A stretch of DNA of 64,000 nt from an uncultured virus (IMG/VR IMGVR_UViG_3300035661_004061) (IMGVR_UViG_3300035661_004061); one strand, 5' to 3'; positions 30,564 through 41,449 are shown, numbered from the stretch's first letter. Notes: a model not told the origin generated them from the letters alone. Numbers and translations: made by a program.

Positions 30564-31211
30564 TTAATCCATAAATCCTATTAAAAATAATGTTTTCTTT
30601 TCAGATTTATTATAAAATTTTACTTTTTCTTCTTCCAATTTATTTTTTAATTCTTCAATTTTTTCTGAAAATTTATTAAATTTTTCATTATCGGTTTCAT
30701 TTAAAATAAAATTTGAACTATCACAAATAGGACAATTTAAAAGTTCAAATCTTTGTTTTAATAATCTATTTATATTATTTTCATTATTTAAATCTTTTAA
30801 AATTTCTTCACTGTTTTCATTTAAATCTAATTCATTATATTTTTGAATCATTTTTCCACTATATACTTCTTTATCTATAGAACTTTTACAATTTGAACAT
30901 CCCTTTGTTGAACTTTTTTGTTCATTAAATCTATTAATTATATTTAATGGAAATTCCAACATTTCTATTTTCATTTTTTGAATTTTACTATTAATTTCTT
31001 CGTATTTTTCACTACCTTCAAAAACATCCGTAGACCCTAAAAATTTAACAATGAAAGCTTTTGTATCAGAAACCATATCATTTAAATATTCTTTTGCATC
31101 TTCTTCTGAGGGGAAAGTCATACTTTTTAAATTTAATTGACTACTTTTACCTGTTTCATTTTCGAAACCATTTTGATCGATTTCTTCATTTTTTATAATA
31201 TATTTTAACAC
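30564..31211 (-). CDS. Hypothetical protein with two CxxC pairs
   Basis: GCSNCKS and CPICDS flanked by coiled coils; GTG start. Confidence 0.6.
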   Translation of the reverse strand: MLKYIIKNEEIDQNGFENETGKSSQLNLKSMTFPSEEDAKEYLNDMVSDTKAFIVKFLGSTDVFEGSEKYEEINSKIQKMKIEMLEFPLNIINRFNEQKSSTKGCSNCKSSIDKEVYSGKMIQKYNELDLNENSEEILKDLNNENNINRLLKQRFELLNCPICDSSNFILNETDNEKFNKFSEKIEELKNKLEEEKVKFYNKSEKKTLFLIGFMD

Positions 31212-31290
31212 TTTAACCCCTTATTTATATTTATGAAATTATTTTAAAAAAATATAAAAATTTTTATTAAAATAATATTGAAATACTTAT

Positions 31291-31719
31291 TTATAACATT
31301 AAAAAATCATCAAAATAAATTTCTTTAACTTGCCCCTTTGATAATTTTAAATTTATTTTATTAATTAATTCTATTTTGAAATTTTTCAAATTATTAGTAT
31401 TTGATAATTCAGAAGATTTTTTAGAAGTTATAATTTTTAAAACAATATCTCTTATTAAAGTTTTTTTTTCTTCTAATTCTTCTTTCATATCTTGATTATC
31501 ATATAAAAATGAAAATTCTATTTTTAAATATTTATGTTTTGTATCATTATTTATCAAATTAACAGTAAATGATTCTATATGAAAAATATTATTATTTTCA
31601 GAATTTTCATTAAAAAACTTTTTTCTTTGTATTTTGAAGAATCTAAATCAAAAATTGTTTTATTTTTATAATTTTTTAAAGAATAAATAGAAATATTTTT
31701 TGTTTTTTTTCTTATTCAT
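31291..31719 (-). pseudogene. fliL: FliL-like flagellar protein, frameshifted and lacking a TM anchor
   Basis: IESFTVNL..KYLKIEF..IRDIVLKIITSKKSSEL..LINKINLKL..VKEIYFDDF; that frame is open only from about 31647; the ATG with AAGGA at 31719 is out of frame, with shifts near A8 and T6 runs. Confidence 0.7.
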
Positions 31720-31795
31720 TATTTTTATTTCCTTGAAATATTTAAAAAATTATAAAAATAAAAACAAGATATATGAAATATCTTATTTTAAAAAT

Positions 31796-34270
31796 TTATT
31801 GACAACCTACACATTCTTGTTTTCTATCCATTACATCGTTTTCTTTTGTATGTTTTTGTTCAGGAGATTTACTTCTTAAATAGTAAGTAGATTTCAATCC
31901 TAATTTCCAGGCTAACACATAAAGATCATTTAAATATTTTCCACTAGCTTTTTCTAATGTAATAAAAATATTTAAAGATTGCCCTTGGTCAATCCATTTT
32001 TGACGAATTACAGCAGCTTTGATTATATCAAATTGTTCTATTTCATAAGCATTTGGATAAAAATTCCAAGTATCAGGACTTAATTTAGGTGCTACAACAG
32101 GAATTAGTCCTGATAAATTATCTTCTAAATATTTTGTTTTATATATAGGTTCAATTGTTTGTGTAGTTCCAGCCAAAATACTTATTGTTCCAGTAGGTGC
32201 AATTGCCATTAAATAACCATTTCTAATACCAAATTCTATTAAATCAGGTCTTAATTCTTCCCAAGGCATTTCAGGATTTCGATTAAGTATTGTCATTATT
32301 TCTGGTGCAATTTCCTCAACACCTTCTTTTAATACTTCATTAAAATTTTCCCAATGAAATAATCCCTTTGACCATTTAGACCCTTCAAATTTAGCAAACT
32401 TTCCTCTAATTTTAGCTAAATTAATAGAACTTTTAACAGCATTAAAACTGATTCTTTCCATAATTTTATTAATAGTATTAAAATGTTCTTCCGAACCGAA
32501 CATTATTTGATTAACTGCTAAATATTCAGCTTCCCCCATTAATCCTAATCCTGTTCCTCTATAATCTTTTTGAAAATTAAGAGTTTGTTCAACTGGATAA
32601 TAATTAATATCAATAACATTATCAAGACATCTTATAGCAACAGGAATCCATTCGTCTTGAAGTTCAGGAGTATTTAATCTTCCTAAATTAACACTTGCTA
32701 AATTACATACTGTATATTTTCCTTTTTGAATGATTGTTTTTTCAGCAAATACAACAGTTTCAATTCCATCATTTAATTTTAATTTATATCCATTTAAAAC
32801 TTCTTTTGCTTTTAATTTCATACCATTAAAATGTTCTAATTCTTTACTTTCTTCAAAAATATATTCATTTTTTTCCGTAACAATTTTCATTCCATATTTA
32901 TCTGGTTCAGAAATTCCAAAAATTTCAGTACAAAGATTACTACTTCTTATAATTCCATCATGATTTAACATATGTCTTTTATTTGCATTATCTTTAAAAG
33001 TTAAAAATGGAGAACCAGATTCAAAATAACTCGTCAATATTTTTTTCCATAAATCTTTTGCTTTTATAGTTTCTTTAGTAATTGTTTCATCATTTTCTAA
33101 TCTTTCATATTCTTTTTCAAATTCTTCACCAAACAAAGTTTTTAATTGAGGAGTTTCATAAGGATCAAATAATGTCCATTTATCGTCTTTGGTAACTCTT
33201 TTCATAAAACAATCTGAAATCCATAATGAAGGAAATACGTCGTGTGCTCTTCGTCTTTCTTCTCCAGAATTTTTCTTTAAATCCAAAAAGTCATGAATAT
33301 CTAAATGCCAAGGTTCTAAATAAATTGCAATTGCACCTTTTCTAGTTCCAAGTTGATCAACAGCAATAGCCACATCATTATTTATTTTTAACCAAGGAAC
33401 AACACCACCAGCAACACCTTTATGTTCTTGTATTTTAGATTTCATTGAACGAACAAGTGTCCAATCCCAACCAATTCCACCACCAAATTTACTTAATATA
33501 GCCATATCTTTATAAGAATTAAAAATTCCTTCTATATTGTCAGGAGAAGCACCAATATAACAACTATTTAATTGTGAAAATCTTTTTCTAGCATTTGCTA
33601 ATGTTGGAGTTCCATTAAGAATATATAAATTAGATAACATATCATAAAATCGAATACTCCAATAAATTTTTTCTCTTATCATTTTACCATTGTATTCTAT
33701 TAAATCGTCACTTTCATTTTGAGATAAAAACATACCAATAGCCATAAACATATGTTGAGGTAATTCAAAAACATCACCGTTTATATCACGTAATAAATAT
33801 CTATCATACGTTGTTAAAATACCTAAATAATTAAATAATTCATCACGTTCTGGTTTAATTATTTCGTCCATATAATTAAATTCTTCTTCTGTATAAATAG
33901 AAAACATAGAACTTAAAATATTTTCTTTCATACCTTTATTTATATATGTTATAAATTTTGGATAAGATCTTCCCTTTTCACCATTTAATAAATGTCCTAC
34001 TTCATGATACAAATCATTTAAAAATAATTCTGCAGCAACAAACGACCAATTTTGAACATCAATATCAATTTTACTTACAGCTGTTTTTATAAGAGTTGTT
34101 TGTATATTTTTTGAACTCATTCCATTATAAAATTGAAATTGTGAATCTAATTCTAATTCACTTTGCGACAGTCCCCATTTATCACACGCTGGTTTTGTTT
34201 GTTTTTGAATATATTTTATATCTAGTGGTGCCATGTGTCCTGCACGTTTTTTAATCATAATATTACTCAT
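31796..34270 (-). CDS. nrdA: Ribonucleoside-diphosphate reductase class Ia alpha subunit
   Basis: ATP cone, TPTLANA, SCY, GGGIG, SSNLCTEI, VCNLAS, IAPTGTIS, STYYLR, C-terminal CVGCQ. Confidence 0.97.
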   Translation of the reverse strand: MSNIMIKKRAGHMAPLDIKYIQKQTKPACDKWGLSQSELELDSQFQFYNGMSSKNIQTTLIKTAVSKIDIDVQNWSFVAAELFLNDLYHEVGHLLNGEKGRSYPKFITYINKGMKENILSSMFSIYTEEEFNYMDEIIKPERDELFNYLGILTTYDRYLLRDINGDVFELPQHMFMAIGMFLSQNESDDLIEYNGKMIREKIYWSIRFYDMLSNLYILNGTPTLANARKRFSQLNSCYIGASPDNIEGIFNSYKDMAILSKFGGGIGWDWTLVRSMKSKIQEHKGVAGGVVPWLKINNDVAIAVDQLGTRKGAIAIYLEPWHLDIHDFLDLKKNSGEERRRAHDVFPSLWISDCFMKRVTKDDKWTLFDPYETPQLKTLFGEEFEKEYERLENDETITKETIKAKDLWKKILTSYFESGSPFLTFKDNANKRHMLNHDGIIRSSNLCTEIFGISEPDKYGMKIVTEKNEYIFEESKELEHFNGMKLKAKEVLNGYKLKLNDGIETVVFAEKTIIQKGKYTVCNLASVNLGRLNTPELQDEWIPVAIRCLDNVIDINYYPVEQTLNFQKDYRGTGLGLMGEAEYLAVNQIMFGSEEHFNTINKIMERISFNAVKSSINLAKIRGKFAKFEGSKWSKGLFHWENFNEVLKEGVEEIAPEIMTILNRNPEMPWEELRPDLIEFGIRNGYLMAIAPTGTISILAGTTQTIEPIYKTKYLEDNLSGLIPVVAPKLSPDTWNFYPNAYEIEQFDIIKAAVIRQKWIDQGQSLNIFITLEKASGKYLNDLYVLAWKLGLKSTYYLRSKSPEQKHTKENDVMDRKQECVGCQ

Positions 34271-34419
34271 TAAGTATATCCTTTATATAATTTTATATTT
34301 TTATTATTCTTCAATATTTAAATTAATTTAAATATTTCTAAAAACATATTATATTAAAATTACAAAAAAAATAAAAGCTTAAAAAGTATTTAACATTAAA
34401 TTATCTTCTTCAGTTATTT

Positions 34420-35044
34420 CTAAATATAAAGGTATGGATAATCATGAATTCCCATAAAAGAAATCGTATTTTCATGAGAAAATATCTCTTTTGTTTCTGT
34501 ACATTCATCAATATGTACATCCTTTATAACCTTCTCCTATATATAATAATTCATCATTAATAGATATATTATTTAATATATCAAATGCAAAATCAGTTTC
34601 CTAATTAGGTCATGAAGTAATATATAATGTTTTATTAGAAGTATTTTTATTATGATTTTTAATATATTCTATTCTATCAGTTTTTAATATAGGGAAAAAT
34701 TCTTTTTTAAAATATTTACCATAACTTTCGTCCCTTTTATCAATAGATGTTATTTTTTTTCTAATATTATTTGTTAAATATTTATTTAACCAATATGATA
34801 ATAATCCACTACCGCAACCTATTTCTACAATATTAACAATATTATTCTCTTTTATATAATTAACTGTTTTATTCATAAAATCATCGGTTAATACATAATA
34901 ACTATGTTTTGTATATTCACTTCTAAACATCATACTATCAAAACTTCTTATAAATGTTTTTATTTTTTCTATCTTCGGAAGTCTCTTACTTTTGTTATTA
35001 ATAGTCATATCTAATACTTCTTCAGGTTTTAATTGTTTAATCAT
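34420..35044 (-). pseudogene. Disrupted class I SAM-dependent methyltransferase (phage type)
   Basis: VEIGCGSGLL; continues in frame past stops as ITS*PN*E..LLYIGEGYKGCT, then SFMGIHD in another frame. Confidence 0.7.
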
Positions 35045-35140
35045 TTTATTTTCTATTATTTATTTTAATAAATTTTTTTTATTATTTTTCTTTATTTAGA
35101 TATAATATATTTAAAATTAAAATAAATAATAGGAAATAAA

Positions 35141-36091
35141 ATGAATGAAAATATTAACGTTGTTCAAAATGTAGATTGTTTAAAGGGGTTGAAAACTTTA
35201 AGTGATAACTCAGTTGATATGATTTTAACCAGTCCTCCTTATGATGATATTCGATATTATGGTTCAAATAAAAAAGAAATTAATGATTTTTGGAATTATG
35301 AAGTATTTAAAAATATAGCTGAAGAATTAACAAGAGTATTAAAGGAAGGTGGAATCATAGTATGGGTTGTAGGTGATTCTACCATTCAAAATTCTGAAAG
35401 TGGAACTTCTTTTAAACAAGCTCTTTATTTTAAAGAAGATTGCAAATTAAATATTCATGATACTATGATTTATGAAAAAAATTCTTTTTCTTTCCCAGCG
35501 AAGGGAAAATATAATCAAATTTTTGAATATATGTTTATATTTTCAAAAGGGAAACCTAAAACCTTTAATCCAATAAAAGATAGAGCTAATAAATGGTTTA
35601 ATACTCCTAAATGGGGGAAAGCTACAAAAAGAGGAAAAGAAGATAAATTGGTAGATAATAATATAGATAATATTATTACAAAAACTCCTTATGGAACAAG
35701 AAATAATATATGGAAATATTCTACTGGAGGAAACGCTTCTTCAAAAGACAAAATAGCATTTCAACATCCAGCTATATTTCCTGAAAGATTAGCAATAGAA
35801 CATATTTTGTCATGGAGCAATGAAAATGATATTATTTTAGACCCTTTTTCTGGTTCTGGAACGACTTTAAAATGTGCTAAAATTTTAAATAGAAATTATA
35901 TTGGATTTGAATTAAATTCAGAATATTTTAATATTATTAATGAAAGAATTAAAAACATTGATATTGATAAAGAAAATGAAATAATTAAGAAAGAATATAA
36001 TAAATCTAGCAAAGATTTGTTAAAAACATTAGAAAAAGAACAAAAAGATTTACAAATTAGAATAGATAAAATAAAAAAAAGTTTATTATAA
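35141..36091 (+). CDS. DNA amino-methyltransferase (N4-C/N6-A, beta class)
   Basis: LTSPPY, HPAIFP, ILDPFSGSGTT. Confidence 0.93.
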   Translation: MNENINVVQNVDCLKGLKTLSDNSVDMILTSPPYDDIRYYGSNKKEINDFWNYEVFKNIAEELTRVLKEGGIIVWVVGDSTIQNSESGTSFKQALYFKEDCKLNIHDTMIYEKNSFSFPAKGKYNQIFEYMFIFSKGKPKTFNPIKDRANKWFNTPKWGKATKRGKEDKLVDNNIDNIITKTPYGTRNNIWKYSTGGNASSKDKIAFQHPAIFPERLAIEHILSWSNENDIILDPFSGSGTTLKCAKILNRNYIGFELNSEYFNIINERIKNIDIDKENEIIKKEYNKSSKDLLKTLEKEQKDLQIRIDKIKKSLL

Positions 36092-36100
36092 ACAGAATAA

Positions 36101-36609
36101 TTACCCAAAAGAATGATACATCAAACCGTTATATTCTATTGATAACTTATTCTTAATATCCAATATATCTAATTCTAATGGTTTTAAAAATTGTCTATCA
36201 TTTAATTTGATATTAAATAAAGATTCATTGTTGTTTTAATTATAAAAATAATTATATATTTCATTTTGTGTCTTATTTTTAATAATTTTAAATGGAAAAA
36301 TTCCATTATTGTTTACAGAACGATTAAAATATAATTTATTAATATAAAAAAAATTTAATACTTTACTTCTATTTAATAATCCTTGTTCATTACTAAAATT
36401 TTTATTAATATATTCTGAATTTAAATTTTCTATATTTGTTATGTGTTTTTGAGCAGGATTTTCAACCCCGTAGAGTTTAATATTTGTTTGATTAGTTTTT
36501 TTTATTTTATCAGGATTATTTTCAATACATTTTTTAGAACAACCTGTTTTATATCCTTTTGAAAATCTATAAAATTCAAAATATTTTTATTATTTTCAAT
36601 AGTATTCAT
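36101..36609 (-). pseudogene. Decayed paralogue of the Hef-like endonuclease at 1-1898
   Basis: FSKGYKTGCSKKC, QTNIKLYGVENPAQ, TQNEIYNYFYN*, NDRQFLKPLELDILD..IEYNGLMYHSFG*; frameshift after the ATG, internal TAA at 36236-36238, C-terminal half absent. Confidence 0.85.
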
Positions 36610-36687
36610 TGATATTACTCCATTAATAAAATTTTATTAATTTTTTATTATAATATTAAATATAAATATTAATAAGGAAATAAAAAA

Positions 36688-39354
36688 ATGAATACAAAAA
36701 CCAACAATATTTTAAAAACTTGTATAGAGTCAGATAAAATAATATTCAATCATTTGAGTAAAGAAGAAATTGATTTATTGATTAATGATAAAGACGAAAT
36801 AAAAATAAATAATTTTTCAATAGAGCTTGAAAAAGAAATAGTTTCTAGAAAAAAAGAGATTAAACAATTAGAAGATTCTTTAAAAGCATCAAAAGAATTT
36901 TATTATACAAAAGAAGAAGATTCAGGATTTTTTGCAGATTTAAATAATGATGAAACGTATGATCAATTAGAAGAAAGATTGTTTTTGTTAGATCCAGATA
37001 ATGAAATTTTTAAAATCATAGGAACAACTAATGAAATTGAAAAAACTATTTCAAAAGAAAAAACTTCTTGTTTCCCAGAAAGAGAACATACATTAAAAAT
37101 GGGTTCGCAAAGTAAAGTTCAGGATATGCCAAGTTATAATAAATGGCTTCAATTAAATAATTTAGAAAATGAAGTGTTTTCAATTACAAATAAAGCAGAC
37201 GGAAGTTCAATAGCATTAACATATTCAATTGAAGAAAATTTAGTAAATGAAAATTATGAATTTCTATATAAATATATGAAACAATATTTTACAGAAGCAG
37301 AAAAAATTAAAGTTTTAGAAGAAAATTATATCGATTTAAAACAGAATATAGAAAATGGAAAATTTAATTTACTAGCTGGTGCTTCAAGAAAAGATGGAAT
37401 AGTAGGGGAAGATATAACTTTTAATGCTAAAAATTTTAAAAATGTTTTAAGAAATGTAGATATAAATAAAATGTTTAAAAATAATATAAATGAAACTATA
37501 AATTTAGATAATAATATATTTAAATTAAATGATATTAAACGAATAGAAGTAAGAGGAGAAGTTGTTGTTAAAAAATCTGATTTTAAAATTTTAAATAAAA
37601 CAGGAAAATATAAAAATGAAAGAAATGCAGCAGCAGGAATAATGAGAAGACAAAATTCAGAAAATTCAGATTCATTATCTGTTGTTGTTTATGACCTTAT
37701 TTTAATAGATAAAGATGAAAATGAAATAGAATTTGATGATTCTACAAAATTAAAATTATTAGAAAATGCTGGATTTGAAGTAGTTGATAATTTTATCGTA
37801 AAAGGATTTAAAGAAATCGATAAATTATATTCTGATTACAAATCAAAAATGAGAAACCAAGTAGATTACTTAATAGACGGATTAGTAACAAAAATTAATA
37901 ATTCTGAAAAAAGAAAAGAATTAGGAATAACCAATCAAAGACCTAACGGAGAAAAAGCAATAAAATTTGAACATAAAATAAAAATGAGCACATTTTTACA
38001 TATTCATGAAAGTTTTGGTGTTTCTGGAACAGTAACTCCAGTAGCTGTTATTGAACCAACAGATATAGACGGTGTTTCTGTTGAAAACGCTTCGTTATCA
38101 AATAAAGAAAGAATGGAATTGATGTTATTATCACCAGGTGATAAAGTAATGGTTTCAAGAAGAAACGATGTAATTCCTAAAATTGAAGAAAATTTAAAAT
38201 TACAAAATTATTATAAAGATATTTATACAATAATAAGTAAATATATTTCTAAAATGCCAGAAGAAGCACAAGAAAAATTAAATAATACCATAGAACATGA
38301 TAATCATGAATTTAAATTAGAGTTAAATAGAATAATTTTAGAAATGAAAAAAAATAATAAAGATAAAAAATATATTATTCAAGAATTGGATAAAAGAATT
38401 TTAAATGGTGTAATTAAAGAAGAAGATTCATTATATAAAGAAACATTGAATTTATTGACTTTACCTGAAAGTGAAATTTTATCATATACAGATAATAATG
38501 TTGAATTTCCTGAATTTTGTCCTAAATGTGGTTCTCCATTAATAAAAGAAGATTCTTCTTATAAATGTTTAAATTCTGATTGTCCAGGCGTTAAAGTAGG
38601 AAAACTAATCAGTTTTACAGAACAAGTTGATGGAATGGGTGAAGGGAAAATAACACAATTATTTGAATATGGAATTATATCTGATATAAAAGGTTTAATG
38701 AATTTAAAAGATGAAAATTTTTTAGATGTAAACAACAGTTCTAAAAATAATTATTTATTTGGTTGGAACAAAAAAAGTGTTGAAAAATTTTTAAGTGGTA
38801 TTGATACATTAAGAACATTACCTGATAGTCAATTTTTCGGAAATTTAAAATTCAATAAAATGGGTGAAAGTAGATTTGTTAAATTATTTCAAAATATGGA
38901 TTATCAAGAGTTGTTATCAACTGATAAAGAAGTATTAAAAAATAAAATTATAACATTGGAAGGTTTTGCTGACGGGATAGCAAATAGTCTTGTTGATGAA
39001 TTAGAAACTAGAAAACCTGAAATAACAGAATTATTAAATTATATTAAATTAAATCCTACTCCTAAGTTAGATAAAAACAAACAATTATATACGATTGTTG
39101 TTACTGGTTCATTTAAAGGATATAAAGATGTTTGGAATGATAGAAAATCATTAGAAAAATATTTAAAAGGTGAAGGTCATACTGTTTCTGGTTCTGTAAG
39201 TTCTAAAACAACTTACTTAATTAATAATGATATTAATAGTACAAGTGGAAAAAATGCAGAAGCAAAAAAATTAAATGTAAAAATTATTACTGAAGAAGAA
39301 TTTTCTAAAATATTATTTCCAGAATTAAATCAAGAAATAGGTATTGGAATGTAA
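36688..39354 (+). CDS. ligA: NAD-dependent DNA ligase
   Basis: KADG adenylation motif, GEDIT, EVRGE, RNAAAG, DGLVTK, TPVA, DVIPKI, C4 zinc finger, BRCT (VVTGS..GSVSSKTTYL). Confidence 0.93.
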   Translation: MNTKTNNILKTCIESDKIIFNHLSKEEIDLLINDKDEIKINNFSIELEKEIVSRKKEIKQLEDSLKASKEFYYTKEEDSGFFADLNNDETYDQLEERLFLLDPDNEIFKIIGTTNEIEKTISKEKTSCFPEREHTLKMGSQSKVQDMPSYNKWLQLNNLENEVFSITNKADGSSIALTYSIEENLVNENYEFLYKYMKQYFTEAEKIKVLEENYIDLKQNIENGKFNLLAGASRKDGIVGEDITFNAKNFKNVLRNVDINKMFKNNINETINLDNNIFKLNDIKRIEVRGEVVVKKSDFKILNKTGKYKNERNAAAGIMRRQNSENSDSLSVVVYDLILIDKDENEIEFDDSTKLKLLENAGFEVVDNFIVKGFKEIDKLYSDYKSKMRNQVDYLIDGLVTKINNSEKRKELGITNQRPNGEKAIKFEHKIKMSTFLHIHESFGVSGTVTPVAVIEPTDIDGVSVENASLSNKERMELMLLSPGDKVMVSRRNDVIPKIEENLKLQNYYKDIYTIISKYISKMPEEAQEKLNNTIEHDNHEFKLELNRIILEMKKNNKDKKYIIQELDKRILNGVIKEEDSLYKETLNLLTLPESEILSYTDNNVEFPEFCPKCGSPLIKEDSSYKCLNSDCPGVKVGKLISFTEQVDGMGEGKITQLFEYGIISDIKGLMNLKDENFLDVNNSSKNNYLFGWNKKSVEKFLSGIDTLRTLPDSQFFGNLKFNKMGESRFVKLFQNMDYQELLSTDKEVLKNKIITLEGFADGIANSLVDELETRKPEITELLNYIKLNPTPKLDKNKQLYTIVVTGSFKGYKDVWNDRKSLEKYLKGEGHTVSGSVSSKTTYLINNDINSTSGKNAEAKKLNVKIITEEEFSKILFPELNQEIGIGM

Positions 39355-39429
39355 AATATTAAAAATATATTTTAATATCTCCATATTTTTTTTTATAATG
39401 ACATATTAAAAAAATTTAAGTAGGTTATT

Positions 39430-39768
39430 ATGAGAATGGACGAAGTTGCTATTGAAAAAAATATTTCAAATGAACAAATAAAAAATTTTTTATTAAGAAA
39501 AGGGTATATTTTTTTAGAAAAATCAAATGACAATATAACAGAATTAGGAAAAAAAGTTGGTTTAAAAAATATAGAATTTTTAGGAGAAAATCATATAATT
39601 TTTAATAGAAAAATTATAAAAGAACTTCATAATGATATTATTATGAATAAAAAATATTACGAAAAAAAAACAAATAAATCATATAAAAAAGAAGAATCTA
39701 AATTTTTAATATATTTTTCAGGAATTGTTATAATTTTGATTTTATATTTTATGTTATATAAAAAATAA
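39430..39768 (+). CDS. Hypothetical protein with C-terminal TM helix
   Basis: FLIYFSGIVIILILYFML near the C-terminus. Confidence 0.55.
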   Translation: MRMDEVAIEKNISNEQIKNFLLRKGYIFLEKSNDNITELGKKVGLKNIEFLGENHIIFNRKIIKELHNDIIMNKKYYEKKTNKSYKKEESKFLIYFSGIVIILILYFMLYKK

Positions 39769-39784
39769 AAATAATTGGATAAAA

Positions 39785-40801
39785 ATGGATTTTAATAATA
39801 AAGTAGTAGCAATTTTTTGGTTTTTTATCATTTCTTTTATGGTTTATTTTAATTTATCTACTTTTGTATTAAGTATATTATTTACACTTCTTATTTTGAC
39901 ATTAACACAAAATCTATTTGCAAAAATAAATATTAATATTAAAATCAAAAAATATATATCTTTATTATTCTCAATATTTATTTTTACAATATTAGGTAAT
40001 ACATTATACTTTTCTTTTAAATTAATGGCTACTGATTTAGTAGAATTAATTTCGATTTCACAACCTTTAATAATTAAATTTTTTCATAATTTAAATATAG
40101 GATACCATATTAAAAATTTAGAAGATATCTTTAATATAGGATTGTCTTATTTTAAATCTAATTTAAATATTATTACTTCTTCATTAACTGTATTTTTACA
40201 AATATTATTGGGAATTATTTTTGCTATATTATTACATTTTGAAGAATTTAAAACTATTGAACCTACAAATTCTTGGGAATATATTGTTGATAAAATATTA
40301 TTTCAAACTAAGTTGATATTTGAAAATTTTAAAAAAATAATGACAATACAAATTATAGTAGCTATTTTAAATACCCTTATGGTATCTTTATTATCGTTAA
40401 TTATAACTCCATTAATATATCATATGAATTTACCTTATTGGTATATTCTTATACCTTTAACATTTGTTTTATCTTTTTTCCCTGTTGTAGGAAATTTATT
40501 AATAAATGTTATTTTAGTAATGGCTACGGTTCAAGTTTCAACAATTTATGTTATTTTTGGAATTTCTTTATTTTTTTTAGCACACAAAATGGAACTATTA
40601 ATAATTGGAAGTAAATTAAAAGGTAAAGTAGATGTAAATTTTGTTTTTATTTTATTTTCTATGTTTATAGGAGAATTAATATTTAATAGTTTTAGTGGAA
40701 TTTTATTAGGAATGATCATTTTAACTAGTATATCTACAATTTTAAAAAATATTAAATTAAATAAATTAAAAAATTATAATGATATAACAAAATCTGATTA
40801 A
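39785..40801 (+). CDS. AI-2E family transporter
   Basis: Multi-TM 338 aa; QIIVAILNT, FVLSFFPVVGNL, HKMEL..GSKL, ILFSMFIGE..GILLG. Confidence 0.8.
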   Translation: MDFNNKVVAIFWFFIISFMVYFNLSTFVLSILFTLLILTLTQNLFAKININIKIKKYISLLFSIFIFTILGNTLYFSFKLMATDLVELISISQPLIIKFFHNLNIGYHIKNLEDIFNIGLSYFKSNLNIITSSLTVFLQILLGIIFAILLHFEEFKTIEPTNSWEYIVDKILFQTKLIFENFKKIMTIQIIVAILNTLMVSLLSLIITPLIYHMNLPYWYILIPLTFVLSFFPVVGNLLINVILVMATVQVSTIYVIFGISLFFLAHKMELLIIGSKLKGKVDVNFVFILFSMFIGELIFNSFSGILLGMIILTSISTILKNIKLNKLKNYNDITKSD

Positions 40802-40856
40802 TACTTTTATTTTGATATTAAATATGTTATAATTAAATACATAAAATAATTAAAAG

Positions 40857-41303
40857 GTGTGTATAATGAAAGAAATATCCAAAGTAATTCAAGAAAAGTT
40901 AGATAAAATAAGTTATAATGATATAGAAAAACAAAAAGAAATATTTGAATTAGCAAAACAAAACAATATTTTAATCATTTATGGAAGTTCAGATGATCTT
41001 ATTGAATTAAGAGGAATAGTTTATGATGAATCTGGAATTGTGTATAATGGATATGATTTTAATCTTTTAGAAGATAATGAAGATTTTAATTCAGATAAAA
41101 ATGCTAATGAAATTTTAAAAGAAATTGGTTGTGTTGCTTATTCTTATGGTTTTGCCAAAAATGATTTTATACAAAAAGATAGATGTGATAATTATGATAT
41201 TCCTTGGTGTTATGATATTAATGAAAAATTTAAAAATTTAGATTTTAATCTTTTAGAAGATAATGAAATATTTTGTATAGGCAAAATAATACAATATAAA
41301 TAA
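40857..41303 (+). CDS. Hypothetical phage-type protein
   Basis: IIYGSSDDLIELRG..PWCY..EDNEIFCIG; exact 27-bp internal repeat (DFNLLEDNE) at 41055 and 41241. Confidence 0.6.
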   Translation: MCIMKEISKVIQEKLDKISYNDIEKQKEIFELAKQNNILIIYGSSDDLIELRGIVYDESGIVYNGYDFNLLEDNEDFNSDKNANEILKEIGCVAYSYGFAKNDFIQKDRCDNYDIPWCYDINEKFKNLDFNLLEDNEIFCIGKIIQYK

Positions 41304-41326
41304 AATTTACAATATTAGGAAGAAAA

Positions 41327-41449
41327 ATGAACGAAAATCAAATATTAAATATTACTATAACCATTTTATTAAGTATTTTTATTACTATTTTTAGAGATAA
41401 ATTTTCACTTTATTTTAAAAACAAAAAGGAAGTAAATGAAAACTATTAA
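41327..41449 (+). CDS. Possible 40-aa membrane microprotein
   Basis: AGGA RBS; MNENQILNITITILLSIFITIFRDK..; fills the gap within an operon. Confidence 0.35.
   Translation: MNENQILNITITILLSIFITIFRDKFSLYFKNKKEVNENY

Noticed and set aside
32710..32920. Insert in NrdA between NLCTEI and VCNLAS as an intein or intron
   Set aside because: Only about 65 aa, no C/S..HN splice motifs, frame uninterrupted; resembles the lineage-specific insert of Campylobacterota NrdA
34601..34612. In-frame TGA and TAG as evidence of stop-codon reassignment
   Set aside because: All long genes are intact in code 11, TAG ends dnaB and TGA ends the 41702 MTase, and the same gene also has a frameshift; pseudogene is the simpler explanation
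41055..41267. Exact 27-bp direct repeat as an att site or target duplication
   Set aside because: Both copies are in frame within one ORF (DFNLLEDNE), 186 bp apart, with no integrase or transposase nearby
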